Under the pieces are notes generated by a model. It worked only from the letters and a program-made list of their open reading frames with translations. It had not been told where the DNA came from and searched no databases. A stretch of 55,849 nt of DNA from Thermoplasmata archaeon (GTDB lineage: Archaea > Thermoplasmatota > Thermoplasmata > RBG-16-68-12). Both the position numbers and the translations under genes were made by a program. Positions within the stretch are counted from its first letter, which is position 1; each line of letters begins with the position of its first letter. The DNA is taken from positions 1-55,849 of the forward strand of contig DATGWB010000004.1 of NCBI GenBank assembly GCA_035299725.1. The letters run 5' to 3'. Shown here piece after piece: positions 1-9,510 of this stretch.

Positions 1-141
1 TCCAATGACGCGACCGTCGTCATCCAGGAAATCGGCCGACGCGCCATGGTGGTCATCGTCGTACCTCCCGAGCGTGTGGTCTCGGATCTCGATTCGGCGA
101 TTTCGCGATTCGCGCAGGCGGCCTCGAGAGACTTGGACTGA
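1..141 (+). CDS. 3' end of an unidentified protein-coding gene (partial, runs off the window start)
   Basis: Frame 1 is open from base 1 to TGA at 139-141. Third-position GC matches neighbouring genes. Only 46 codons are visible, so no family call is possible. Confidence 0.3.
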   Translation, partial: SNDATVVIQEIGRRAMVVIVVPPERVVSDLDSAISRFAQAASRDLD

Positions 142-185
142 ACGCTCCCATAAGCCTTAATGGACGCCGCGACCGTTCGCACCGC

Positions 186-258
186 GGGCCCGTGGTCTAG
201 TGGTTATGATGCGACTCTTACAAAGTCGAGATCGTCGGTTCAATTCCGGCCGGGCCCA
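186..258 (+). tRNA. tRNA-Val (anticodon TAC)
   Basis: Hand-folded cloverleaf: acceptor GGGCCCG/CGGGCCC, anticodon stem CGACT/AGTCG, loop CTTACAA, T-arm GTCGG-TTCAATT-CCGGC, discriminator A. 73 nt, no intron, CCA not encoded. Confidence 0.9.
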
Positions 259-269
259 TCCGTCCTCCC

Positions 270-623
270 CTAGTGCCGAATCCAGAGTCGTTGTCGGAGG
301 ACGAGGCCGAACGCGCGCGACACGACGGGCGCGCCGACCGCCGACACGATCGTGGATAGGGTCGCCCCGACTCCGAGCGCCGCGGTCGGCGGCAGATAGC
401 GGACGAAATACCACGCCGAACCCATCACGCCGCCAAGCCACACGATTAGGAACGTGAACAGAAGCGGCCGGACGACGAGCATCGCCATCAGCACGAGCGC
501 GAGGATCCCGCCTGCGTACAGGAGGATTTCCGGGGGCGCGGCCATCGCGGTCGAGATCCACAGCACGAACGGAATTTCCAGGGCTGCGATTACGAGGAAA
601 CCCAGCCGCCACTTCCACCGCAT
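270..623 (-). CDS. small integral membrane protein, unknown function
   Basis: 117-aa ORF that is almost entirely hydrophobic, with about 4 predicted TM segments (LGFLVIAALEIPFVLWI, ILALVLMAMLVV, FLIVWLGGVMG). Codon bias fits the genome. Confidence 0.6.
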   Translation of the reverse strand: MRWKWRLGFLVIAALEIPFVLWISTAMAAPPEILLYAGGILALVLMAMLVVRPLLFTFLIVWLGGVMGSAWYFVRYLPPTAALGVGATLSTIVSAVGAPVVSRAFGLVLRQRLWIRH

Positions 624-637
624 CTCCGTCGATCACC

Positions 638-1372
638 TCACTGTCGGTAGTCCTCCGGCCGAAATCCCAGATCCACTTTGATGTCCCGCAATCGTCCGAG
701 GTTCGTGCCGTCGAGGAGGTGGACGGACGCATCCTCCACCCGGACGAGGTCCTCGTCGAACAGGGGCCCGATGAACCGGGCGCGGACATCGTTCACCGGC
801 ATTCCCCCGCACAGTTCGTTGAAGGACGGGACGACGATCGCCTCCCGCGGGAGTTTCGGGTAGCGTTTGTGCTTCCTCAGGAACGGCACCCGCATCCAGC
901 ACGGAACGATCTGCCGGGACCCCAAGGCGTCGCGAAACGCGGCCGCCGGATGGTTGTGTCCCATGACGAGGACGGATCCTTCCATGACTTTCTTGTACGG
1001 CCAGGCGTGACCATGGCAGAACCCAACGTCCTCGATGCGGAAGCCGTACGCGGGTTTGAAGCGCACGCTGCGAGGCACGATGTTCTTCAACATGCCGTCG
1101 TGGTTGCCCTGCGCGATGTACACCTCGCGGAACGTCGGCGCCAGGTCACGGAAGAACACGTAGACATCGCGTCGCTCCCGGGAGGCCATCTTCGGCACGA
1201 GGTGCTTCACGTCGCCCAAGATCACGAGGCGCGTCGCGCCCCGTCGGTCGGCCAGCTCGATCAGCTTTCGACCCATCACCTCCGCACGGCTGGGGACGCG
1301 GATTCCCTTCTCCTGCAGCTCCTCTTCGATCCCGATGTGCAGGTCCGCGACGACGAGCATGTCGTCCGCCAT
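638..1372 (-). CDS. calcineurin-like metallophosphoesterase (archaeal ICC/SbcD-like phosphoesterase)
   Basis: Motifs DLHIG, LGDVKH, GNHD and GHxH (CHGHAWP, MGHNHP) are present. I start the gene at the internal ATG (MADDMLVVADLHIG, 1370-1372). The Arg-rich upstream part of the 413-aa track ORF overlaps the nnr gene and looks non-coding. Confidence 0.8.
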   Translation of the reverse strand: MADDMLVVADLHIGIEEELQEKGIRVPSRAEVMGRKLIELADRRGATRLVILGDVKHLVPKMASRERRDVYVFFRDLAPTFREVYIAQGNHDGMLKNIVPRSVRFKPAYGFRIEDVGFCHGHAWPYKKVMEGSVLVMGHNHPAAAFRDALGSRQIVPCWMRVPFLRKHKRYPKLPREAIVVPSFNELCGGMPVNDVRARFIGPLFDEDLVRVEDASVHLLDGTNLGRLRDIKVDLGFRPEDYRQ

Positions 1373-1464
1373 GAGGGCGGGCTCATCGGGAACGGGTTCG
1401 AGGTCCACGGTCGCTCCAAGGGCGGGTCTGCCTAATGGTTGTGCCGAGTCCGCGATGCCGAGGT

Positions 1465-2901
1465 TCAGAGAAATTCCGCGAGGACGCGACCGAGGTTCTC
1501 GGCGACGTCGACGGATGTCAATCCGTAGCTCTTGACCTTGAACGCGAGGTCCCCGGCATACCCGTTCGTGAAGGCGCCCAGCCGCGCGGCATCGAACGGC
1601 GACATTCCTTTCGACATGAGGCCGGTCACGACCCCGCACAGGACGTCGCCCGTCCCGCCGACCGTCATCCCGGGATTCCCGGTGTAGTTGAACTTCACCC
1701 GCGTCCCATCGGTCACGATGTCGACATGGCCTTTGAGGAGGATCGTCGCGCCGAACGCCTTCGCAGCTTCCCGGACGATCTCGGCGCGTTCTTCCGGAGC
1801 GTCCGGCAGCGTTTTCCCGGTCAATGTCTGGAACTCTCGGGAGTGCGGGGTGATGACGGCGCGTTTTCCGACGAGGCACTTCGGGTCCGAGGCGACCGCT
1901 CGGACCGCGTCCGCGTCCACGACGAGCGGCAGCGACACGCTCCGGACGATCTCCTTCACGGCGTCCAAGGTCCCGTCGGCGTCGCCGAGTCCGGGACCGA
2001 TTGCGATCGCGTCCGCGCGGGAGGCCAGGTCGATGATTTGCCGCGTGTCCTCCCGGAGGAGTCGATGCCCGACGAGCGGATGCACGATGAACATGGGGGA
2101 GTACGATGCGACGACCTGCGCTGCGAGGGCCGGCGTCGCGACGTGGATGAGATCCGCACCGACGCCCAGGGCGCCGTATCCGACGAGCGCCGGCGCGCCG
2201 GTGTACGGTCCCCCGGCGATCACGAGGACGCGACCGTTCTGCCCCTTGTGGCTCGTCGCCTTCGGGACCGGGTAGAGTGTGAACTCGCCGGGTCCGATCA
2301 TCGCAGCGACTTTCGACGGAATGCCGATGTCTGCCACGCGAATTCGTCCGGAACTCTCGGGGGTCATTCCCTCCTTCACATCATGGAGCGTGACCGTGAC
2401 GGTCGGCCGGACAGCCCGATCCGTCCCGAAGCCGCTCGGGACGTCCACGCTCAGGATCGGCTTGTCGGAGGCGTTCATCTGGCGGATGAGCGCGGCGTAG
2501 GGTTCGCGCAACGGTCCTTCCACTCCGATTCCGAGAAGGGCGTCGATCAACAGGTCCGCCGCCGCGATCGCTTCCTCGCTCTTGTCGAGGCCCGCCAGGA
2601 TCTGCACGTCCCTCAGTCGCTCGAAGTTCGTCGCTGCCTCCGGGGTGGCGAACTGGTCGGGCGATCGTGCGAGGAGGACCGTGACCCGCGCGTCCTTCGC
2701 GAGATGGCGAGCGGCCACGAGGCCATCTCCGCCGTTGTTTCCGGTGCCACAGAGGACGAGGACACTCTTTCCCGCCGCTCCGAACTCGGACCGTGCAGCG
2801 TCCGCGATGGCTTTCCCGGCGTTCTCCATGAGCTCCCTGATCGAGACGCCGAAATACTGAGCGTTCCGGTCGAGGACTCGCATCTCTGCCGGAGAAATCA
2901 T
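1465..2901 (-). CDS. nnr: bifunctional NAD(P)H-hydrate repair enzyme (NAD(P)HX epimerase + ADP-dependent dehydratase)
   Basis: The N-terminal YjeF_N part carries CGTGNNGGDG. The C-terminal carbohydrate-kinase-like part carries GPGLG and TGGTGDVL. Length is 478 aa. Confidence 0.9.
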   Translation of the reverse strand: MISPAEMRVLDRNAQYFGVSIRELMENAGKAIADAARSEFGAAGKSVLVLCGTGNNGGDGLVAARHLAKDARVTVLLARSPDQFATPEAATNFERLRDVQILAGLDKSEEAIAAADLLIDALLGIGVEGPLREPYAALIRQMNASDKPILSVDVPSGFGTDRAVRPTVTVTLHDVKEGMTPESSGRIRVADIGIPSKVAAMIGPGEFTLYPVPKATSHKGQNGRVLVIAGGPYTGAPALVGYGALGVGADLIHVATPALAAQVVASYSPMFIVHPLVGHRLLREDTRQIIDLASRADAIAIGPGLGDADGTLDAVKEIVRSVSLPLVVDADAVRAVASDPKCLVGKRAVITPHSREFQTLTGKTLPDAPEERAEIVREAAKAFGATILLKGHVDIVTDGTRVKFNYTGNPGMTVGGTGDVLCGVVTGLMSKGMSPFDAARLGAFTNGYAGDLAFKVKSYGLTSVDVAENLGRVLAEFL

Positions 2902-2974
2902 CGGGCGCGCATTCGGCCGACGCTAGTTAAACGTTGCCCGCGGAGTTAAGAACAGTCGGCCATTTCGGGGCCCG

Positions 2975-4048
2975 ATGGACATCGAGCCGTTGAAGGCGTA
3001 CACTTGGGCGCTGCTGCTGGGACTCTTTGTCCCACTGAGTTGGATCCTCGACCTGCTCCTGGGGCCCGGCGTCATCGTCTTCGCGGTCGCGGGTCTCGCC
3101 ATCGTCCCGCTCGCCTGGTTCCTCGGCCTCGCCACGGAGGAACTCGGCAAACACGCCGGTCCCGGCGTCGGCGGCCTCCTGAACGCGACATTCGGAAACG
3201 CGACGGAACTCATCATCGCGATCTTTGCGCTGTCGCGCGGTTTGACGGAGGTGGTGAAGGCGTCGCTCACCGGTTCGGTCGTCGGGAACCTGCTGTTGGT
3301 GCTCGGGTTAAGCATGCTCGCGGGCGGCGCAAAGTACAAGACGCAGCTCTTCTCCCGGGAGGCATCCGGGATCCAGATCACGATGCTCGTCGTCGCGGTC
3401 ATCGGCCTCGTGATGCCCGCGTTGTACGTGCTCTCCACGGGGATCCGCTCCGGCGTGGCCCTCGAAGAAATGAGCCTGGGCATCGCCGGGATCCTGCTCC
3501 TCGCCTACGTGTTCGGCCTGTTCTTCTCCCTGCGGACGCATCGCGACATCTTCAATCCAATCACCGAGGTCGCTGAGAAACCGCGTTGGGAAAAACGGTT
3601 CGCGCTGAGCGTCCTCGTGGCATCGACAATCTTCGTCGCCGTCGAGAGCGAGATCCTGGTCGGCTCCCTAGAGACCGCGCGGCTGAGCCTCGGCCTGACC
3701 GATTTGTTCGTCGGAGTCATCATCGTCGCCATCGTCGGCAACGCCGCCGAACATGGGAGCGCAATCCTCATGGCCTGGAGGAACAAGATGGAACTGAGCG
3801 TCGCTGTCGCGACGACGTCGACGACCCAGATCGCGTTGTTCGTGGCACCGATCCTCGTTTTCGTTTCTCTGCTGACCACGAAGGTGATGACCCTCGACTT
3901 TGAGATCTTCGAGCTCGCCTCCTTGGCCTTGGCGACCGCTGTCGTCGCGGCCGTCGTCTCGGATGGTCGAAGCAACTGGTACGAGGGCGCGCTGCTCGTG
4001 ATGGTCTACGCGGTGATTGCGGTCGCGTTCCTCTTCCATCCGCCGTGA
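2975..4048 (+). CDS. Ca2+/H+ antiporter, CaCA (ChaA/CAX) family
   Basis: Two alpha-repeat signatures are present (GNATELIIAI and GNAAEHGSAI) in a polytopic membrane protein of 357 aa. Confidence 0.85.
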   Translation: MDIEPLKAYTWALLLGLFVPLSWILDLLLGPGVIVFAVAGLAIVPLAWFLGLATEELGKHAGPGVGGLLNATFGNATELIIAIFALSRGLTEVVKASLTGSVVGNLLLVLGLSMLAGGAKYKTQLFSREASGIQITMLVVAVIGLVMPALYVLSTGIRSGVALEEMSLGIAGILLLAYVFGLFFSLRTHRDIFNPITEVAEKPRWEKRFALSVLVASTIFVAVESEILVGSLETARLSLGLTDLFVGVIIVAIVGNAAEHGSAILMAWRNKMELSVAVATTSTTQIALFVAPILVFVSLLTTKVMTLDFEIFELASLALATAVVAAVVSDGRSNWYEGALLVMVYAVIAVAFLFHPP

Positions 4049-4052
4049 GCCC

Positions 4053-5246
4053 ATGACCCCCCGCCGATCCCTCGCATACGGACTTACCGCGAACGTGGTC
4101 ATCCTCGGTGTCGTGTCTCTATTCACCGACATCAGCAGCGAGATGATCCTGCCGATCCTCCCGTTCTTCCTGATCCAGGTCCTCGGGGCGAACGCGTTCA
4201 TCGTCGGCCTGGAGGAAGGGTTCTCGGACAGCGTCGTCTCGTTCATGAAGATCGTTTCAGGACGGTTCTCCGACGCGGCGGGGCGAAGGAAGCGTTTCGT
4301 CGGCGCGGGCTACGCGCTTTCCACCGCGATGAAGGTCGTCTTCCCCTTCGCCCAGAGCTGGCCTCAGTTCATTGGACTGCGCGTGATCGAGCGGACAGGA
4401 AAGGGCGTGCGGGACGCCCCGCGCGATGCCCTCTTGACGGAGTCGACTCCCCCCGAAACGCGCGGGAAAGCGTTCGGCTTCCACCGCAGCATGGACACGA
4501 CCGGCGCCATCCTGGGCCCCCTTGTCACTCTGGTCTTGCTCGGGACCGTCGCAGCATCCCTGAGCATCGCGGAGCAGTACCGTCTCGTCCTCCTGCTTGC
4601 GGCGATTCCCGCGGTCCTCTCCGTCCTCATTGTGCTCCTCGTCCGCGAGCCGCAGCGGGCGCGCGTGCCGACGCAAACTCTTCGGGTTGCCTTCCGCGGC
4701 ATCCCACGGCCGCTCCTCACCTTCATCGCGATCGCGAGTCTGTTCTCCTTCGCGGACTTCTCGTATGCGTTCCTCCTCCTCCGGGCCGGCCAGACGAACG
4801 GCACGACGGTCGTGATCCTCCTCTACGTGCTGTACAACATCGTCTATGCGGCCCACGCGTTCCCCGCGGGGATCCTCTCCGATCGGGTCGGACGAAAGCC
4901 GGTGGTGCTCTTCGGGTATGTCGCGTTCATCGGGATGGCAACGCTCCTCGTCTTCTCGGATGCGCTCTTCGTCCTTGTGATCGCGTTCATCCTCTACGGC
5001 CTGGAATACGGCATGGCCGAGGGAACGCAACGCGCCCTCGTCGCGGACTTCGCTCCGCCCGACATCAAGGCGACCGTCCTTGGCGCGTACCACACGAGCG
5101 TCGGCCTCGTGAAGCTCGCATCGGGTTTGGTCGCGGGCTTCCTCTGGGTCGCTGTGGCGCCGTCGGCCACCTTCGCGTTTGGCGCCGTCACGGCGACCTT
5201 CGCGGCGATCGCTCTTTCCATGTGGAGTCCGACGGCTAGGACCTAA
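4053..5246 (+). CDS. MFS transporter
   Basis: About 12-TM profile with the MFS loop motif GRFSDAAGRRKRF between TM2 and TM3 and a second LSDRVGRKP. The start is set at ATG 4053, just after the antiporter stop (4046-4048). Confidence 0.8.
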   Translation: MTPRRSLAYGLTANVVILGVVSLFTDISSEMILPILPFFLIQVLGANAFIVGLEEGFSDSVVSFMKIVSGRFSDAAGRRKRFVGAGYALSTAMKVVFPFAQSWPQFIGLRVIERTGKGVRDAPRDALLTESTPPETRGKAFGFHRSMDTTGAILGPLVTLVLLGTVAASLSIAEQYRLVLLLAAIPAVLSVLIVLLVREPQRARVPTQTLRVAFRGIPRPLLTFIAIASLFSFADFSYAFLLLRAGQTNGTTVVILLYVLYNIVYAAHAFPAGILSDRVGRKPVVLFGYVAFIGMATLLVFSDALFVLVIAFILYGLEYGMAEGTQRALVADFAPPDIKATVLGAYHTSVGLVKLASGLVAGFLWVAVAPSATFAFGAVTATFAAIALSMWSPTART

Positions 5247-5544
5247 GCTTCCGGCCGAGACGTCGTTCGACGGCTGCGATTTTCTTGTCGAGCCGACGGG
5301 TCACGCCCTTGCGGTCGTCGATCTTGATGATTGTCGAAACACGTTGACAGTCCTTCATGACGGCTTGGTGGCAGCGCGCGATGAGCGCGAGAACCTGGTC
5401 GAACGATCCTTCGATGACGGTCCCCATCGGATTCAAGCGATACGGGAGACCGCTGCGGTCCACGATGTCCACGGCCCGCGCGACATATTCTCCGACGCTC
5501 ACGCCCCTCCCGATCGGAGTGATGCTGAATTCCGCGATGGTCAT
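5236..5544 (-). CDS. MTH1187/YkoF-family (DUF77/UPF0045) thiamine-binding-like protein
   Basis: 102 aa. The N-terminus MTIAEFSITPIG...S...YVA..V and the NPMGT.IEG motif are typical of this family. Confidence 0.8.
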   Translation of the reverse strand: MTIAEFSITPIGRGVSVGEYVARAVDIVDRSGLPYRLNPMGTVIEGSFDQVLALIARCHQAVMKDCQRVSTIIKIDDRKGVTRRLDKKIAAVERRLGRKLRS

Positions 5545-5591
5545 CGCTCGACCTCGGCATCCTCATTAGCCGCTTCCCTCTTGCAACTTGT

Positions 5592-6323
5592 GTGGCGGTG
5601 GACTATTCGCGGCGTGCAGCGGAATACGACCGGGTCCGCGCGGACGAGACCACGGACCGCGAGTTCTGGCTTCGCGGGCTCGTCGAGGTGGCCGGCCTGC
5701 GGAATCAGGAGCGCGTCCTCGACGTTGGAGCGGGAACCGGCCGTTTCGCCAAGCTCCTCTGCGACACCAATCCCGTTGTCGCTTTGGATTCGGAGACGGC
5801 CATGCTCAAGATCGCCCGCACGAAGGGCCCGTTCGAGCGCGTGCGGGGCGATGGTCGCCGGCTCCCGTTTCGCGCCGATACATTTGATCTCGCGATGATC
5901 GTCATGGTGCTCCATCATCTCGGGGACTATGCGGCAGCCTTGCACGAGATCGCCCGGGTTGCGCATCGAGTCGTCATCGCGACATCCGACATGGCGACGC
6001 GTCGTCTCGGGATTCTGGAAGAGGCATTCCCGAGCCTCCTGGCAATTGACCGGGGTCGGTTCCCGTCTATTCCGGCGGTCCTGGAAGCGCTCGAGGCTGC
6101 GGGCTTCCGCGACGTGGTCGTCGATGAGCGGGCGTACGCTCGGCGGCTCACGACCGCGGAACAGCTTGACCGGGTGCGACATCGGTACCTGTCTACGTTC
6201 GATCTTCTGCCCCCGGGTGAGTACGAACGCGGCCTGCGATTCTTGGAGGCCGAGATGCCGCGGCGCTACCGAGACGGCTTCGAGATCACGGCCCAATTCA
6301 CGTTTGTAGGCGCGTCAAGGTGA
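5592..6323 (+). CDS. class I SAM-dependent methyltransferase
   Basis: Motif I VLDVGAGTGRF is followed by an acidic post-I residue and a Methyltransf_11-like layout. GTG start. The 3' end overlaps archaemetzincin convergently. Confidence 0.8.
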   Translation: MAVDYSRRAAEYDRVRADETTDREFWLRGLVEVAGLRNQERVLDVGAGTGRFAKLLCDTNPVVALDSETAMLKIARTKGPFERVRGDGRRLPFRADTFDLAMIVMVLHHLGDYAAALHEIARVAHRVVIATSDMATRRLGILEEAFPSLLAIDRGRFPSIPAVLEALEAAGFRDVVVDERAYARRLTTAEQLDRVRHRYLSTFDLLPPGEYERGLRFLEAEMPRRYRDGFEITAQFTFVGASR

Positions 6324-6816
6324 GCTGCGCAGACTCCGAGCACTCGGGGCAGAAATCGCGACCCTTTCGATCCGTGTCGGCCAGTCTCTCGGAGAAGAAC
6401 ATCACGCATTCGGGATTTGCGTCGTGGTGGCCAAGGCCCAAGGTGTGTCCGAGTTCGTGGACCACGGTCTTCACAGCACGCTCGACGAGTTTCGTTTCTC
6501 CATCGCCCGCAAACTGGGACAGAGAGACGACCGCCCATCGACCTTGAATGTCCGCGTGTCCGAACACAAGCGTCAGTCCGAGTTCGGGGTCGCACAGCTC
6601 GACGTTCGTGATGGCGATGATGCGATCCCCTTCGGCGGACTTGCAGACCCGATCGAATGTGGCGGCTCGGTATCGTTTCGGGCCGGGGCTGAAGGTCCGT
6701 CTCGGCAACGGTTTCTCACTCGCGATTCGCACGTCGCCGAACGGCGCGAGCTCGAATCCAATTCGTTGAAGGACAGACGCGTCGACCCGGCCGACCGGCT
6801 GGAGGGTGAGGATCAT
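6298..6816 (-). CDS. amzA: archaemetzincin (zinc metalloprotease, unknown substrate)
   Basis: HELGHTLGLGH (HExxHxxGxxH) is followed by C.M and CPEC zinc-ribbon residues. The start ATG 6814-6816 overlaps the rtcB stop (ATGA). The longer 270-aa track ORF is an Arg-rich shadow inside rtcB. Confidence 0.85.
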   Translation of the reverse strand: MILTLQPVGRVDASVLQRIGFELAPFGDVRIASEKPLPRRTFSPGPKRYRAATFDRVCKSAEGDRIIAITNVELCDPELGLTLVFGHADIQGRWAVVSLSQFAGDGETKLVERAVKTVVHELGHTLGLGHHDANPECVMFFSERLADTDRKGRDFCPECSESAQLTLTRLQT

Positions 6817-8279
6817 CCCTTGACGACCCCGAGCGGGACCAACCGGGCGACGATTTTCGTCAATCCCGCTCCTTCGGCGACCCGGACGACGTCCTCCACA
6901 TTCTTGTAGGCGCCCGGGGCTTCCTCGACAATCCCCGCGCGCGAAGCCGCGCGAAGGTAGATTCCGCGCTTCTTCAGCGAGCTCACGACTTCGTTCGCAT
7001 CGAACTTGCGGCTCGCGGCCTTGCGCGACATTTGGCGCCCGGCCCCATGACAGCTGGAACCGAACGAGCGCTCCATCGCGGTCGGCAGCCCGACGAGGAC
7101 GAACGAGCACGTGCCCATGTCTCCCGGGATGAGCACGGGTTGGCCGACGGCTTGGTACTCGGCGGGAGTCTCCGCATGCCCCGCCGGGAACGCCCGGGTC
7201 GCCCCTTTCCGGTGGACGACGACCTTGGCGCGGGCTCCGTCAATGACATGCTCCTCCACCTTCCCGATGTTGTGGCACACATCGTAGACGATGTCCATGC
7301 CGAGGGCTTCCGGCGATTGGCCGAGGATCTTGGAGAACGCATTCCGGACCCCGTAGGTGATGAGCTGGCGGTTGTTCCAGGCGAAATTCGCTCCACAGCA
7401 CATCGCCTTCCAGTAGTCTAGTCCCTCTTTCGACGAGATCGGGGCGCAAGCGAGTTGGAGGTCCGGCAGCTCGATCTTCTCTCGCTTCACGACCCGTTCG
7501 CACGTCTCGATGTAGTCCGTCGCGATTTGGTGGCCGAACCCGCGGGATCCGGTGTGTACCATGACGCACACCTGGCCGATCTCTCCGATCCCGAGGGCTT
7601 TCGCCGCCCGCTCGTCGTACACCCGATCGACCTTCTGGATTTCGACGAAGTGGTTTCCAGCACCGAGGCTTCCGACCTGGTCCTTCCCGCGCGTGATCGC
7701 CCGCTCGCTGACCTTCGAGAATTCCGCGTCTTCGAGTCGGCCACGAGCCTCGATCCGATCCGGGTCGTTGGACCATGCGTATCCGTGATCGACCGACCAG
7801 CCCACGCCCTCGGTCGCGAGCTTCGCCAAGTCCTGCCGCGTCACCTTCGTGATGCCGCCTTCGCCCACCCCGCTGGGCACGTTCTCGAAGCAAGCGTCGG
7901 TCAACGCGCGAAGGTTTGGCCGGACCTCCGTCTCCCGGAGGCTCGTTCGGATGAGACGCACGCCGCAGTTTATGTCGTACCCAATCCCGCCCGGGGAGAT
8001 CACGCCCGCATTGTAGTCGAAAGCCGCCACGCCGCCGATCGGGAAGCCGTACCCCCAATGGATATCCGGCATCGCCATCGCTTCCCCGAGGATGCCGGGC
8101 ATCGTGGCGACGTTCGCCACCTGCTCGGGTGCCTGATCTTGCCGGAGCTGAGGCACCATCGTTTCGTCGATGAAGACCACGCCGTTCGTGCGCATGGCGG
8201 GCTTGTAGGACCGCGGGATTTCGTAGCGAAACGCGTCGACTTTGTTCAGCGGCCCGTGCCATCCGTCGCCCATGTACAT
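6813..8279 (-). CDS. rtcB: RNA-splicing ligase RtcB
   Basis: Near full-length match to the RtcB pattern: PDIHWGYGFPIGG, GGIGYDINCG, GAGNHF, HTGSRGFGH, SSCHGAGR. At 488 aa there is no room for an intein. Confidence 0.95.
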   Translation of the reverse strand: MYMGDGWHGPLNKVDAFRYEIPRSYKPAMRTNGVVFIDETMVPQLRQDQAPEQVANVATMPGILGEAMAMPDIHWGYGFPIGGVAAFDYNAGVISPGGIGYDINCGVRLIRTSLRETEVRPNLRALTDACFENVPSGVGEGGITKVTRQDLAKLATEGVGWSVDHGYAWSNDPDRIEARGRLEDAEFSKVSERAITRGKDQVGSLGAGNHFVEIQKVDRVYDERAAKALGIGEIGQVCVMVHTGSRGFGHQIATDYIETCERVVKREKIELPDLQLACAPISSKEGLDYWKAMCCGANFAWNNRQLITYGVRNAFSKILGQSPEALGMDIVYDVCHNIGKVEEHVIDGARAKVVVHRKGATRAFPAGHAETPAEYQAVGQPVLIPGDMGTCSFVLVGLPTAMERSFGSSCHGAGRQMSRKAASRKFDANEVVSSLKKRGIYLRAASRAGIVEEAPGAYKNVEDVVRVAEGAGLTKIVARLVPLGVVKG

Positions 8280-8600
8280 CCGGAAGCGCGCCTAGGGGGC
8301 GGAGTGCACATAAACGTTCGTGCAGGCAGTGGCTCCGTCGCAAACTTCATGCCGGTGCCGTGATATCCCGTGCCACGGGTTGGGACGAGCTCCGGATCCG
8401 CTCTTCCTGGGTCGCCTTCGGTGGGCATGCGCGGCCGGGATTCGCGGGGCTCGGGTTCCCCGAGGACGAGGGGGGAGGAAGTCGGGGAAGCCCGCGGTTC
8501 CGCGGGTGGCCAGAGCTCGTCGCGCCCTTTTCGTTCCGCCCGGTTCGCGCGCCCTGCTTAGCGAGCTGATGGACTCTCAAGTCCATCCGGGGTGTGCATG

Positions 8601-9467
8601 TCATCCGACATGGCCGCGCGCTTCACCGATGGCGACGATCGCCTCGCGAATGAGACGCGCCCCGAGCAGCGACGTCTGCCCGAAATCCCACGCCGGGCTC
8701 ACCTCATTCAAGTCCATGCCGACGAGGTCCGGGGCGAGCATGCCGATGACTTTCTTGACCTGAAGCGGCGCGAGCCCGAACGGCTCCGGGTTGCCGACGG
8801 CCGGCGCGAACGCCGGATCGACGCCGTCGATGTCGATCGTGAGGTACACCTTGTCGCGGTTGATGGCCTTCACCGCGCGCTCGACCGATGCGCCGATCCC
8901 CCTCTCGTGAACATCGAAGACGCTGACGTAGGTCAGACCGAGGCGCTCGAGATCCTCTCGCTCCTCGCGGCTGTAGGACCGCACCCCGATGTAGACGACG
9001 TGTTCCACCCCGACGTGGTCCGCGATCCGCCGCGCCGAACAGGCATGGGACCATTTGTCCGAGAGGTACGAGTCACGGAAGTCGAGGTGCGCATCGATCC
9101 CGATGACGCCGATGTCCTTCGGGAACGCCCGCACAACGGCCGGGGCGAGGCTGTGCTCTCCCCCGATGACGATTGGAATCTTCCCGGCGCCGACGACACC
9201 CGCGGCCATCTTTGTCACGCCGTCCACCATCTCCGTCGAGGCCCCGAAGGTCGGCGTGTCGCCCAGATCGGCAACGGGAATGTCTCGGAGGTCCCGCTGG
9301 TGGTCCATCATGTACGTCTCGAAATTGTACGAGGCCTCGCGAATCGCTCGAGGCGCGAAACGGGAGCCGCCGCGGAACGAGCACGTGCGGTCGTACGGCA
9401 CTCCGAACAAGACCATCGGCGCCTCGTCATACTTCGCGACGGCGTCCGCGAAGTGGGGCGCGGCCAT
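8601..9467 (-). CDS. speB: agmatinase (ureohydrolase family)
   Basis: Arginase-fold Mn-binding motifs are present: GGEHS, GIDAHLDF, DIDGVDP. Length is 288 aa. Confidence 0.9.
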   Translation of the reverse strand: MAAPHFADAVAKYDEAPMVLFGVPYDRTCSFRGGSRFAPRAIREASYNFETYMMDHQRDLRDIPVADLGDTPTFGASTEMVDGVTKMAAGVVGAGKIPIVIGGEHSLAPAVVRAFPKDIGVIGIDAHLDFRDSYLSDKWSHACSARRIADHVGVEHVVYIGVRSYSREEREDLERLGLTYVSVFDVHERGIGASVERAVKAINRDKVYLTIDIDGVDPAFAPAVGNPEPFGLAPLQVKKVIGMLAPDLVGMDLNEVSPAWDFGQTSLLGARLIREAIVAIGEARGHVG

Positions 9468-9510
9468 GGGCGAACCGAAATCGCTCGCGCTTATTTGAGG
9501 ACGACCCCGC

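Noticed and set aside
8280-8600. The structured spacer as SRP (7S) RNA or RNase P RNA.
   Set aside because: I could not find the SRP helix-8 core (GGAAGG(A/G)AGCA-type) on either strand. The RNase P P4/J11-12 signatures (GAGGAAAGUCC plus ACAGAA) are also absent; only a loose GAGGAAGTCGG resemblance exists. It is kept as an unassigned structured region.
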